Of a DNA stretch of 64,000 nt, positions 13,945 to 29,072 are shown piece by piece (the stretch's first letter is position 1; each line of letters opens with the position of its first letter). The stretch is taken from NCBI GenBank assembly GCA_964016885.1, contig OZ024740.1, forward strand, positions 256,742,001 through 256,806,000. Reading direction: 5' to 3'. Made by a program: the position numbers and the translations under genes. The notes under the pieces were generated by a model, which saw only the letters and a program-made list of their open reading frames with translations, had not been told where the DNA came from and ran no database searches. This stretch comes from Eledone cirrhosa. Taxonomy: Eukaryota.

Positions 13945-14047
13945 CTCCGATGATCTGGTTAAATTAACAACCTATTTAAAATTGAGTGGCACTGCTTCAA
14001 GTGTTCAACAATTTTTAGACAACTTAATCAGTGAAACAATTGTCAGA
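13944..14047 (+). ncRNA. Degenerate hammerhead-like motif with a very long stem II
   Basis: TCT-CCGATGA-T-CTGGTTAA...(about 60 nt)...TTAATCAG-T-GAAA-CAATTG-TC-AGA. Stem III is the palindrome CAATTG as at 55963, and the core has one substitution (CTGATGA to CCGATGA). Confidence 0.5.
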
Positions 14048-16535
14048 CTGTAAATAAAACCCTTTTTTGTACTGTTGGCCATGTTATTCTTCACTCTTTC
14101 AATATCATTACTCCAACATATAGGAATACAAGAGAACTCATAAACTCGCCACCTACGTAAACCCCTTGTTGAGTCAAACAACGCCGTACGTTAAAACTAT
14201 CCATAATACGAAATATTCACAACCTCTAACTGGATTACCTATAACGATATTTTGTTATCCCTTATATATATACATATATATATGTATATATGTGTGTGTG
14301 TGTGTGTGTGTGTATAGATATAGATAGATATAGATATATTTGCATATATATATATATACATATATACACAGTTCAAGAGTAACCAATCTTATAGAGAGAG
14401 ATGGGGATAGGAGAGGAGATAGGTGAGGAGAGATTGGTGAATTATTTTCAACTTAACCAGATCAATAATGATATATACTCATTTGATCCAGAAATATTAT
14501 AGTAGCGAAACAATTGTAACCGGATATTATTATTATTAATATTATTATTATTATTCTCTACATTCCTTACATCAAACTAAAATATGTTGACAATCTTTTA
14601 ATAATGTCTTCCTTGTGAAATTTGTGGTCTTGTTTTGCTTAACTAATGAATATTTCCAGCTCTGCGCACCTAACTTCTGCATACGTAGGTATCTTGTTAA
14701 CTATACGTATATCATACATATATACATATGTGTGTACACGGACACAAACACACACTCGCCCCGTACACAGACAGACATATTCACAAACATATTTATGTGA
14801 AAATATATACTCCTGTGTCAAGGATTTGAAAGTGTCATATATGGCCTCAGCCTGTTGGGTGGAACATACAGTAGAGTAATAGAGTAATACTGATTACACT
14901 AGGCGGCATGCCGTTCCTCATCCGTGGAATGGGTGTCTCAGTGATTTTCATTACGTCCGACAGTATTGCTCCCTCTAGCGGTGTCAATTCTTTTGATAGT
15001 TCCAGGAAATATCCTTCCAGTATCAATTTTTCTCGTTATGTATGCGACTATCCCCAGAACTGTATTGTGTTTGTAACCACTCTAATCATTCAGGCAGTCA
15101 TTTAGTATGGTTAAATTATGTCAAATAGGTACACATGCTCTAGTATTTTGTATTGAATACTTATTTGAAACGGTTCTGTAGAAGAATATCCACCTCCAAT
15201 AAAACTACCATACATACACACAAACACATACATAGAGCCAACTCACACATACAAAAATAAACACACATTTATACGTGGTTAATCTTTTGTACTTTGGTGG
15301 ATGCTGTGGCCAAAGTGTTTCCGTAATATTTTCTTCGGCGAAAAGAGTCTTCAAACATGTTGGTAGCCATATGTAAACGTAATAAATATGTCGACATTTT
15401 AACATTGCGTTCGTTATTTATTGCGATCACTAAAGTATATCATCAACATAATAATCATCAACCTTATCATCATTTTACGTCGGCTTTCCGCGTTGGAAGG
15501 GGTCGTTACAATCTGGCTTCATAACTGGATATTTGGCATGTTAACCTATCTTGCGTTGACCGAGATTATGATTTTTGCCGTCAGGGGCTAACTCATTCGG
15601 ATTCCCTGATAATCCGAAATGTATAATAAATTTGACCCTACTACAAGTATTGAGTCAAACAGTAAATATTTCTTTTATGTATAATTCTGTCTGTTAATTC
15701 CATAAATGTCTAATCACACTCTCGTGCTAATGGTTTTTATACAATACACTTCCCATGTGTGTTTCAATCAAGATTGATTTTTGAAAGATTAAATGAAATA
15801 ACATAATTTTGTCTTTCTTAAGCTATTATTTCAAACATAATTTAACGAGAAGGACCTTACATAAAATGATGAAATCTTAGGCGGCCAATTGAAGTTATAT
15901 CTCTTATGATTTGTTCCGGCTAATTGCATTCTGATTTCAAATTCTGTCGAAGTCAACTTTATTTTTCATACTCTCTCTGTAAATAAAGAATCATTCCAAG
16001 TTCATAGATTGGTGATATTGTTAGAGTCGGGTGGTATTATTTACCATATCGGGATACTGTATTGTACGTTCTCATTTTCAATCCCGCCTCTTCCTTCCGT
16101 GAGTTACGACTAACAGATAGTAGCATTCTTCTCTAAAAGTGATGACTCATTGGAATAAAGCAACAATTGGGAGCCGTTCTAATGTGAAGGTTTCGTCGTG
16201 GTCTCTCCTTTACCAGGAATACGACAAAACATGACAAACCAGTATAAACAATTTCAAATGGTGTTCTTCTATTTTGGGAAAAAGTGACTGTCTGAGAATG
16301 GTCAGTATCGAAGCCATTGACAATTGTAACTCTGTAAGTTAACACTTATGACCAAGTGTATGCGGCCCCCACCAAGAGTTCTTGTGTCGTTATATAAACA
16401 GTCAGCCACAGTTATATTGTGCCAGAGGCAGATCGTACAACTAGGTATTGGGTTCTCTCGTTTTAATTCTACTTTGTAACGTTCGTTTCAACTGTTTTTT
16501 GCCATTTTCTCTAATAATAATAATGATAATAATGT

Positions 16536-18977
<2,442 letters not shown>

Positions 18978-18997
18978 ATATATATATATTTATAACA

Positions 18998-19077
<80 letters not shown>

Positions 19078-19079
<2 letters not shown>

Positions 19080-19232
19080 GACTTCTACAGAAGTAGTACT
19101 GTTTTATTCGTTTGAAATAATCAGGAATTACGATTTCTAATCCCGTAGAAGTCATTTCGATGTATAATAAAGATGCCTATACTCTACCAAAGTATTCAGT
19201 ACGTTTTGTAGCTGAGGTTACCCCCGACATAT
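19078..19232. mobile_element. Degenerate copy of the 10697-10893 hammerhead fold-back family
   Basis: GACTTCTACAG...TCAGGAAT...CCCGTAGAAGTC, followed by a tail ACTCTACC..GTATTCAGTAC...GGTTACCCCCGAC that resembles 10828-10875. Confidence 0.55.
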
Positions 19233-19279
19233 GTAATATGAAACCTATATGAAACTTATCTTTGCTTGTTAAGTTAAAA

Positions 19280-19795
19280 GTAAGTAGGGAAGCTTATCAG
19301 TGGTATCAACCAAGCGGGTTGGTATATAACCTGTAGCTCTAATAATGATGGGTATGAAGCTGAAGGTGTATCTTGGATACTGGATCTGCAAACTTCTCAT
19401 CAATGGTCCGTAGATATCCGCCTTCTCTTGTATTTTTCTTGCAACGTTGATATCAAGTGGGTAGCTGATCTCTACAACTGAGCACGTTTTCATGTGGGGT
19501 CCCAAACAACAATATCAGGCCAGTTTTGCTTTAATTTGGTCTCAGTTTTTATTTTCAGCTTCCACCAGTATTCTTTAGTGCCATCTATCTTAACGTATTC
19601 CTGCTCATTTGTTTTTAATTTTGTTTTCCTAAGCGCGTTCCAGATGGGTCTAGCTATCACATCGTGTCTCATAGGGAGGTAGTAGCAGACGGCATTATTT
19701 CGCAGTTGGCAACAATGGGGCTAACATCTTTGAACTTTGCTTTACTTAGCCTACATTTATTGTCGACTGATGGCCCTCCTCTTTTGAGTAGCAGA
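19280..19795 (-). mobile_element. Restriction-like-endonuclease (R4/Dong/NeSL-type) non-LTR element, C-terminal fragment
   Basis: The minus strand reads RHDVIARPIW, KQNWPDIVVWD, VVEISYPLD...QEKADIY and IPIIIRATG (RH, PD..E, EK..Y motifs). Confidence 0.8.
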
Positions 19796-19879
19796 TATGT
19801 ATGTATGTATATATATATATATGTATGTGTGTGCGTGTGTGTGTGTCTATGTCAGGTCATTCGTCACCACCACTGGTAA

Positions 19880-20365
19880 CATGTAACCCAGTACAACCTG
19901 TGCATGGTTGGGTCCTCGGAGACTAAACAAGCAACTCCACCAAGCTTACTTGGTGATGATGGTGATTTTGGACACCCTCTGGGATGAAAAACAAAACCCA
20001 TCAAGGGCGGAGGAACTCAGTAGAGTCAACGACCATGGAATAATTTTTTTTAGGTGTGTGGGGGAGACTCCTAGTCTTCATTAAGACATCTCTCAAGGAG
20101 AAGGTCACTCTGATATAAATCCAATGATGTAGACCTTTTGAGTAAATACATTCGATGTTTAGATAGTGGGATTAGCCCCATACAAAGACTTTCCTCACTT
20201 TAAAAAGCTTCAAGCACAGGCATCGCTTAATATGTGACATTTTTTGCGATGCATGGTATTCCTGGTCATATTCAAGACTCTATAGCAGGACTAAAAAGCC
20301 ACGCCAGTGATGCTCATGCTTAAGTATCAAGCAATAGCATTACTCGAAATCGAGTTACAGCCATC
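19880..20365 (+). mobile_element. Dispersed repeat family B, diverged copy
   Basis: TGTAACCCAGTACAACCTG...GACTAAAC...CTTGGTGA...ACTCGAAATCGAGTTACAGCCA aligns with 5365 and 11460-12017. Confidence 0.75.
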
Positions 20366-20572
20366 ATCATCATCATGTATGTATCTATGTATGTGTGTAT
20401 GTATGTATCTATGCACGTATGTATGTATGTATGTATGTATGTATGTATGTATGTATGTATGTATGTATGTATGTATGTATGTATGTATGTATGCACGTAT
20501 GTATGTATGTTTTCAGATTTGTCAAGGTACTAGTTTGACTTAAACTAGAATTGTCTAGCATCCATGTATGTA

Positions 20573-20626
<54 letters not shown>

Positions 20627-20639
20627 GTTGTGTAGTCCT

Positions 20640-20985
20640 ATTTTTCTATTTATACTTGCATGAAGATGTTTTGCGATGGTCCTTTGTTGTAATTGCATGT
20701 TTGACTCTAGGGAAATTCTAGTGTTTGTTTGACCTATGTAACAATTTTGTTCTTGAAATTGACAACTTTTGTCTTTGTATTTAAGTTTATCTATCACTTT
20801 GGTTATCTGCAATACATTCTGGTTTCCAGTCTGCTAAACCTCAGAGTGTACAGCAATGTACTCCACTCAACTGTCTAGAAATAGCTGTCGAAACGGCAGA
20901 AGCTCAGTCAACGAGCACCGACTCTTTCCAATATGGTTACACTGTACTATCCCAAGTATCGAGTACTCTGTCTTACTAGCTTTAT
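20640..20985 (-). mobile_element. PLE relic: GIY-YIG-like fragment on the minus strand plus an oppositely oriented terminal-repeat fragment
   Basis: ORF 20555..20812 contains SCQFQEQNCYIGQTNTRI...IAKHL. Region 20890-20970 carries GTCGAAACGGC..AGCTCAGTC and AAGTATCGAGTAC, as in the 8783 family. Confidence 0.55.
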
Positions 20986-21645
20986 ACTGGTTTAATCTTG
21001 AAATATATATATATGTATATGTGTATATGCAAGAGACCCATCTGTAAATCTCGAGCAAGATGGTTGAATAACATCCATGTGCTTGGTTGGTTTCGCCTGG
21101 GGATTCAGCTGGATCAGTCGTAGGAGGTTTCTTCTAACAGGACTCACTTGAAGGCATGTTTGAGGATTCTGCCCCTACGACTCTCTCAGGAATATGTGGG
21201 CGAAGAAGAAGAAGATGAAGATGAAGATGAAGATGAAGAAGAGTGAAAAGTGAACGCTTGATTTAACTGCTCTTTCTAGCATGGTGTGTGGACACATAGC
21301 TGCAACCCGTATTGTCATATAAGTATACCTGTTTAAATAGAGATACTCCTTATCGACAACAGAAGTAGCAACTAGAGGGAACACAATCCTGTTTCGATTC
21401 TGATGTGCGGATGATAAGATAATATCCTTTCAATGTTTGAACGGTCCTATTAATGTGATTATGTCAGGGAAGTTGGGCATGGCTGGCGTGGGTGGGGTTG
21501 GGATATATCATATAATTAGATGTCTATATTTAAGCCCACTTATCTTGCTTGTTTACCATAAGTGATTTATCTATGTTTAAGTATGAGTATAAATTTGCAC
21601 GCACGCACACGCACACACGCACACACACACACAAACACACACACA

Positions 21646-21684
<39 letters not shown>

Positions 21685-21800
21685 ACACACACATTCATGC
21701 ACAGTTGTATTGCATTGCTATGTTTACTTTAATTTCCCAAACTTGAAATATTATATATGTGTGTGTTTGCACACATACGATATAATTACGCACACACATA

Positions 21801-21852
<52 letters not shown>

Positions 21853-21972
21853 AGTGTGTGTGTGTGGGGGGGGGGGGTATCCATATATATCAAATTATAA
21901 AATAAGAGGAAATAATAGATAAAAATATACTATATATATACACACACATACACACACACACACATATATAAT

Positions 21973-22007
<35 letters not shown>

Positions 22008-23280
22008 ATGTATTACTTTAGTGAATTGTTCAATTTTATATTTTTTTTTATGTATTTCAGTATCAAGGTTTGTGAATAGACAGAAACTATTTGTATGCCT
22101 ATGGGGTGGACTGTATCCGTAAGTCACAGGGTCACTCATGTCGCACATTGTGCCACGTTGAATTTATCTTTGAATTACATTAAGGATACATATGTCAGTG
22201 CAGTCCTCAGGCTCTTACAATATCAGACATTACCTGTAATTCAAAGGACCAATCTTGTCACACTGTAACACCCTGAAATCTCTCAGAGAATTACGTATCA
22301 ATGGAATGTTTAACCACTTACACGTCTGTTGCAGGAAGAGAATGTTATATGTTGTTCTCTTGTTGACAAACAACACCAAGAACACAATATTGCAAGAGGG
22401 AAAATCGATTACATCGACCTCAGTAATTGATTGGAACGTTATATGTGGCAAGCTTTCGAAGTAGCAGCGGCCGCTCTCCTAGCGTTTTGTCCTAGTACCT
22501 GTTATGACGTTCTTGTTCCCCGGGCAATCTCACTTCTGAATACTCTATGGGTAGAGATAGCAACCTGCAGAATTGAGCGCTTCTATTTGGAATGTGTATT
22601 CCAATGCGTCTCCTTCACTATCCCACTGGAGAGGGATTTCTCCACTCTATCCGCTTGGACCACAGGGCGACCAGTTTCTGACGTCACCACACCACACTAG
22701 TCCATATCATTGGAGTAGCGATGATAGTTAAGCTTTCTTTTGGAATTTAAGGAGTTTAATTCAATTGGACTCAAATCTGATTGTGGCCATTATGAATGAT
22801 TTCATTGAAAAATATAAGACAAACACTGCAAATAGACAAGGGGCAGCACAATGCTCGGTAATCCAGTGTCAGCCCTCAATGGAAATAACAACACCATAAA
22901 AATGATAATGATATTATTAATCATAATAATAATGTTACCAGCAGGTCATAATGTAACTTTTCACATAAGTTCATATGTGTCAGTACACACACACACACAC
23001 ACACACAAACACACGCACGCACACACAGGCGCACATATTCCCATACAATAATTTAAGAGGAGGAGGAGGGGGAGACGGTAGTAGATGGTGAATAAAATGA
23101 GTGAAGGTATTTGTGCAGTAGGACGTGATTAAGTTGATAGGCTGTGTGTTACATTACACGATATGTCAAGAAGGTTATTGAGGAAAAGATCATATTAAAC
23201 ATGGCAGAGAAACTGATACAGTTGTATATAAAATCTGGCCAAACAATGATAAATGTATGTATAGGGACTGTCATGGTGTC

Positions 23281-23364
<84 letters not shown>

Positions 23365-23365
23365 G

Positions 23366-23737
23366 ACACCCCGGATAAACTGTAAAACTAGAAACGTAGT
23401 CTATAGCATAAGATGTACAGAGGGTACTTGCAGAAACACGACAACAACATACATAGGTGAGACAGCTCGTAGCATAGGTGAAAGGATAGACCAACACTGG
23501 GGGGAACTAAAAGGACGAAAAAACGGGTCAGTACTATACGAACATGCTAGACAACATCATGACGGTAACATAGACAACATAGAAATTAGAATAATATCTA
23601 AACATAGGAATGACCCAGCAGATAGGCAAATCAGAGAGGCCAGTGAAATAGAAATTAGAAGACCAAAGCTAAACAGAAAGAATGAGTGGAACAACAACAA
23701 CACCCAAACAAACAACACTGACCTAAGAGAAGTATAA
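23366..23737 (+). mobile_element. PLE family P1 GIY-YIG endonuclease domain, stop-free 123-codon frame (missed by the ORF track because it lacks a start codon)
   Basis: Manual translation: [108 protein letters not shown]... It shows the VVY/YIG motifs, catalytic R, conserved H, E and LN. Confidence 0.9.
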
Positions 23738-24000
23738 ATAAATAAGTAAATTAAATAAAATAAAATAAGATAAATAAATACATACACAAGCACATAAACA
23801 CACACTAGTCACCCAGCAGACAACACTATACACACTAGTCACACATCACACATAACACTATACACACACGCAAACGCATGCGCAAAGAAGACAAAATAAA
23901 ATAAGATAAACAAACAAGCAAATAAATAAATAAATATATAGACAGACTGAACAAAAAAAATGGCGTAGACATACAACACAACAGGAGGAACAATGAATAT

Positions 24001-24066
24001 AACACCACTGACGATGTTGCAGATGTGCAACGAAAGATTTATGTAAACTATATATATATGTGTTTG
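24001..24066 (+). ncRNA. Hammerhead ribozyme motif in the PLE P1 3' region
   Basis: AACACCA-CTGACGA (24008-14)-T-GTTGCA-GATG-TGCAAC (6-bp stem II)-GAAA (24032-35)-GATTTATGTAAAC-TA. The stem-I partner TGTGTT is displaced by a short TA run. Confidence 0.65.
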
Positions 24067-24625
24067 TCTATATTGTATCTGTATTATTTTTGACCGCCGG
24101 TCAGTCAATGGCAACATTGAGGACCGAGTAAGCTAGATCGCAGATATATATATATAAAAGACAGCGAGAAGCGAAAACCAACCAAACAGTGAGTGTGTTC
24201 TGTTATTAATTCTGGCAATATTACGCAAATATGACCCTCCCCAAATATAACAATATATATATATATATATATATATATCATATATATATAATATATATTA
24301 TAAATATATATATTATAAATATATATCATATATATATTATATATATAATATCTATATATATTATATATATAATATCTATATATATATAATATATATAATA
24401 TATATATATTATAAATATATATATTATATATATAATATATATATTATAAATATATATATATAATATATATATTATAAATATATATATATAATATATATAT
24501 ATTATAAATATATATATATAATATATATATATTTAAATATATATATATAATATATATATATATTATAAATATATATATTATAAATATATATAATATATAT
24601 ATATTATATATATATATATCTAATA

Positions 24626-24678
<53 letters not shown>

Positions 24679-24723
24679 ATATATATATATTATAAAAAAA
24701 AATATATATTATTATATATATAA

Positions 24724-24817
<94 letters not shown>

Positions 24818-24827
24818 ATATCTAATA

Positions 24828-24882
<55 letters not shown>

Positions 24883-24927
24883 ATATATATATATTATAAA
24901 AAAAAATATATATTATTATATATATAA

Positions 24928-25029
<102 letters not shown>

Positions 25030-25057
25030 ATATATATTATATATATATATATTATTA

Positions 25058-25099
<42 letters not shown>

Positions 25100-25108
25100 A
25101 TATTATTA

Positions 25109-25150
<42 letters not shown>

Positions 25151-25159
25151 ATATTATTA

Positions 25160-25203
<44 letters not shown>

Positions 25204-25336
25204 ATATTATTAAACAAATATATATATTATTATATATATATATATTATATATATATATTATTAAACAAATATATATATTATTATATATATATATATATTA
25301 TTAAACAAATATATATAATATATATATATATATATA

Positions 25337-25455
25337 GCGTGTGGCTGAGTGGTTAGAGAATTGGATTCGCAATCGTAAGGTTGTGAGTTCGATTCCTGGA
25401 CCAGGCGCTGCGTTATGTCCTTGAGCAAGACACTTTATTTCACCTTGCTCCTTCT
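25337..25455 (+). mobile_element. tRNA-derived CORE-type SINE, 5' part
   Basis: A-box TGGCTGAGTGG and B-box GAGTTCGATTCC, then TGTCCTTGAGCAAGACACTT, which resembles the CORE domain. Confidence 0.75.
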
Positions 25456-25578
25456 ACCTAGAGTTGCGACCGATAGATAGTATTAGCAATTGGAAAGACC
25501 AACGGAAACATTGTTCCCTCGGTCCGATTTGACGAAAGTCGATCGTTCCTATATATATATAATATATATATATGATAT

Positions 25579-25612
<34 letters not shown>

Positions 25613-25939
25613 CTAGCAGTGGTACTCGGCGTTGCACGGGGTAAGGTATTTTGGGAGGGTCATGCTGTCAATAAAATCACACGCACCTCTAGATTTTCAC
25701 TTCAATTTATTATAAGTCTCTGGTTGGTTGGATACTTGCTTCGATAACCGGAAGTCTGTTTATATATAGTCAAAGGTCTGTTGTCAAACATTCTATGACT
25801 AGGTTTTTATTTTGTGTCTCTCTTTTGTTCTGTCCAACACCATCTTGCTTTTGTGTGTATTGGCAAACAAGATGGTGAAGGAAAATGGAGAGTCTCAAAA
25901 TAAAAACCTAGACACTGAGGTCATAGAATGTAATAATAA

Positions 25940-26893
25940 TTGTTTCATTTATTGGCGACGAAGGCCGACATATAGGGAACAATACAATAGACGGTGACGG
26001 TGGGGCATGACATATATAACGTGTAAAAATTATAAATAAAATAACAAAAGAAGAAAATTACAACAATGAAAATTCCCCAACCCAGGGTCAACTGAGGTCG
26101 AATCATGAACCACTCGCGGCTTCGAGCACACCCGAGAAACGCACCCTTCTCCCCCTACAATTCAGCAGCCTACAGGCGCATACTCAGACTAGGCCCACTC
26201 ATACGGGCCATTCTGGCCACATTCACCCACCCTTTAACAAATGTGCTGGGGAACAGCACATCTCTTTCCACCCTCACCTTCTTTTCCAAGCGAAACTTGG
26301 CTGAAGAGAAAAGTGTCTGTCTTCAGTCCTTTCAATCTGGTCCACCATACAAACTTTTTCGCTACTGCCGCCAGACAGAAGATTGCCTGCCCTTCATGCC
26401 AAAAGTAGGCGGTGAGTCGATCTTCAATATGGATTCGACCGATAGTCGGCTCCATTCTACACCCGACAACAGCTGTTCGACATAAGTCAGTAATACATGG
26501 ACACAGCACGAGTGCATGCAGAACGGTTTCGTAACTCTGCGCGCATCGCCGGCAGGTCTGTCTAACAACATTTCGGTGCCTGTAGAGTTTATCTCGAACC
26601 GGCAGTACTCCCCAGCAGCACTGCCAAGCGAGGGACTTCTGGAAATTATCCATTATTCTCGGCTCGAAAGCCCCCCGGAACAGACTGGTCAGTTCGACTT
26701 CGGGACAGTTTCGACTTTCAGGAACAGTTTCCTCTCGGCCCATGTCTGGACTAGGTGAGAGTAGGTACCCAGATCGTCATCCCGTCCAAATTTTTATCAA
26801 CATGGTGGTCAGGTCCGAACCAAACCCCGAGCCAGTTTACCAGTCCTTCGGTCCAGCGCCCGACGACGCTGTTGAACGGCATGGACTTGCACC
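25940..26893 (-). mobile_element. L1/Tx1-like LINE 3' fragment
   Basis: ORF 26234..26743 contains WQCCWGVLPVRDKL...CRRCAQSYETVLHALVLCP (zf-RVT-like CCHC). The minus-strand AATAAA is followed by an (ATT)n tail at about 25940. Confidence 0.8.
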
Positions 26894-26896
26894 TCC

Positions 26897-27643
26897 AGAT
26901 AATGGTTTGAAAGCAGAGACTGGGGGATTCTTATTTACTGCACAAGAACTATCTCTAAACACTCGGGCCTATAGATACAGAATAGTGAAAGCTGAGACTA
27001 GCCCTCTATGCAGAATATGCTACAAACATAAAGAAACGGTAGATTGTGTTATCTCCTGATGTCCAGAGCTGACAAAAACTGACTATATAGAAAGACATAA
27101 CCGCATTGCCAAATATGTGCACTGGATGCTCTGCCGCTCTCATGACATCCAAACTTCTGACAAATGGTATGAACATCAACCAAAAACCGTCATGGAAATG
27201 GTACACATATCCATCTTGTGGGATATGCCTGAGATAACCGACCGAGAAATCGCTGCCAACAGACCAGATATCATATAAAACAAAACAGATCGGATCGGAC
27301 ATGTAGCCTTATAGATATTTCCGTACCATCTGACAAGAATATATCTATAAAAACAATGGAAAAACTGTCAAAATACAAAGACCTAGAAATAGAGATCAAC
27401 CGCATGTGGAAGATGACCACAAACATTATCCCTGTGGTGGTAGGAACATTAGGATTAATACAGAAATCCTCAGATTTGCACCTTAGCGTCCTTCCCTGCA
27501 AGATCAGCAAATATGAGCTACAGAAGATCGGTTGACTAAGAACAGCACAAGTTCTCAGACGTGTTCTCACTGCAATGAAAACATCTATTTCTCTAGGTTC
27601 AAGGCCTGAACCCGGCAACAGAGAAACAGAACTGAGCTAATCA

Positions 27644-27676
<33 letters not shown>
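26897..27676 (+). mobile_element. R4/Dong-like non-LTR element, 3' fragment with (TAA)n tail
   Basis: Reads GLKAETGGFLFTAQELSLNTR, CRICYKHKETVDCVIS, YIERHN, NRPDI, EKLSKYKDL and IPVVVGTLG, and ends in (TAA)n at 27645-27676. Confidence 0.88.
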
Positions 27677-27677
<1 letters not shown>

Positions 27678-28357
27678 GTTTCTTTATTGGCCACAAGGGC
27701 TAACATGAAGAAAAACATTACAGACGGCACAGAACTGTACAGGACGAGACAAAGTGGGATTTGGCCGTGTAAAAAAAATGTTATAACAAGAAGATAGAAA
27801 TATAAAAAAAAAATTCAAACAACAAAAATTCCCCAATAGGGGGGGGGGGAAACTTCTGAGGGTCACAAAAGACCACGGCCACCCTGACTACCAGGGCAAG
27901 CGCCCTCTCTCAGTTTTCCACTCCTCTGTCTACAGGCGTATAATCAAAACGGGCCTGTTCACTCGGACCAGACTCGCTACATTCACCCACCCTTCAAAAA
28001 CCTTACTAGAAGACAGCACTTGTCTCTCCACCTTGATTTTACTCTTCAAGTGTAATTTGAAAAAGTTGATCAGGGATTCGCCGAAGAGGAAAGTATCCGT
28101 CTTCAACCCTTTCAACCTTGTCCACCACACAATCTCTTTCGCCATGACCACCAGGCAGATGAAAACTGCTGCCCTTCCTCCCCTTTAAAGGAGGACGGCG
28201 GGACTATCTACACAATGGACTCAGTCGATAACCGGATCCGTCTTACACGTGACAGCAAATGTTCGACATAGCTCCAGAAGTCAGCGATGCTCGGACACTG
28301 AACGAGTGCGTGCACAACGGTTTTGTTGCCCTGTGCGCATCTCGGACAGGTTCGGCT
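27677..28357 (-). mobile_element. Second L1/Tx1-like LINE 3' fragment (same family as 25940-26893)
   Basis: Shares WWTRLKGLKTDTFLF with the first copy. Its 3' end CCAATAAAGAAACC abuts the (TAA)n tract. Confidence 0.8.
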
Positions 28358-28364
28358 AATAATA

Positions 28365-28548
28365 GTTTCTGATTTAAGCACAAGGTGAACAATATGGGGA
28401 AGGGGGAAAAAATCGATTAAATCGACCCCCAGTTCGTTACTGGTACTTTATTTTATCGAACCCGTAATGATGAAAGGCAAATCTAAACTCGGTGGGATTT
28501 GAACTCAGACCGTCAATGAACATAACTCTATGCCGCAAAGTATTTTGT
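28365..28548 (-). mobile_element. SINE family A-related, diverged copy
   Basis: TACTGGTACTTTATTTTATCGAACCCGTAATGATGAAAGGCAAA...GGATTTGAACTCAG. Confidence 0.7.
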
Positions 28549-28561
28549 GGGAATAATAATG

Positions 28562-28591
<30 letters not shown>

Positions 28592-28592
<1 letters not shown>

Positions 28593-28872
28593 GGGGTCTA
28601 ATGATGACTTATCGCAAATCCCAGGAAATCCGCGTATAGGAGAAATACAAAAGATAGTACTAATGGGAACTGCCCATATACTAAGGAAGATTCTGTCAAT
28701 ATAAGTACATCACAAGTCTAAACACTAAAGATGCATGTGTGAGTATGTATGTTCTTTCTTGAACATGGCGGACCTTGTTGTCTCTTGAGGTCACTGGTTG
28801 TGACTTGGTGATAACTCGTATGAACATAAAGCAAGATGAATGCAACTGTAATAATAATAATAATAATAATAA
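28592..28872 (+). mobile_element. Extreme 3' end of an R4/Dong-like element between two (TAA)n tracts
   Basis: IPGNPRIGEIQKIVLMGTAHILRKILSI* is the typical C-terminus of this group, followed by a short UTR and (TAA)n. Confidence 0.75.
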
Positions 28873-28926
28873 AAGCAACAACAACAATGACTATATTAAC
28901 AATGTTCCATTTTGTATACTTTTCAG

Positions 28927-29072
28927 AAGGACGTGAATGTGTCAACTGCGGAGCAACATCTACCCCGTTGTGGCGGCGGGATGGAACGGGGCATTATCTA
29001 TGCAACGCGTGTGGTCTTTACCACAAAATGAACGGCTCAAACCGCCCACTCATCAAACCCAAGCGCCGTCTG
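28927..29072 (+). CDS. GATA1/2/3: Internal exon encoding the N-terminal zinc finger of a GATA1/2/3-class (grain/GATAc-like) transcription factor
   Basis: (E)[48 protein letters not shown] is a CX2CX17CX2C finger. Acceptor TTTTCAG ends at 28926 (phase 1) and donor GTAAGT starts at 29073 (phase 0). The 146-bp length and phases match the ZF1 exon of vertebrate GATA2/3. GATST and KPKRRL favour GATA123 over GATA456. Confidence 0.97.

Larger units (their letters stand above)
23365..24252 (+). mobile_element. 5'-truncated Penelope-like retroelement (family P1) inserted in (TA)n
   Basis: GIY-YIG frame, 3' UTR, hammerhead motif and terminal segment ending GACCCTCCCCAAATATAACAA, with (TA)n on both sides. 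Confidence 0.85.

Noticed and set aside
25337-25410. Possible tRNA gene
   Set aside because: It has A and B boxes but no convincing acceptor stem, and it runs directly into a CORE-like SINE body.
25610-25645. TACTAGCAGTGGTACTCGGCGTTGCACGGG, resembling a Helitron/Helentron terminus
   Set aside because: It is a single short motif, and I could not identify a matching other end.
28836-28926. N-terminal part of ORF 28836..29087 ([10 protein letters not shown]...)
   Set aside because: Intronic (TAA)n tail and polypyrimidine tract. The real exon starts after the AG at 28925-28926.
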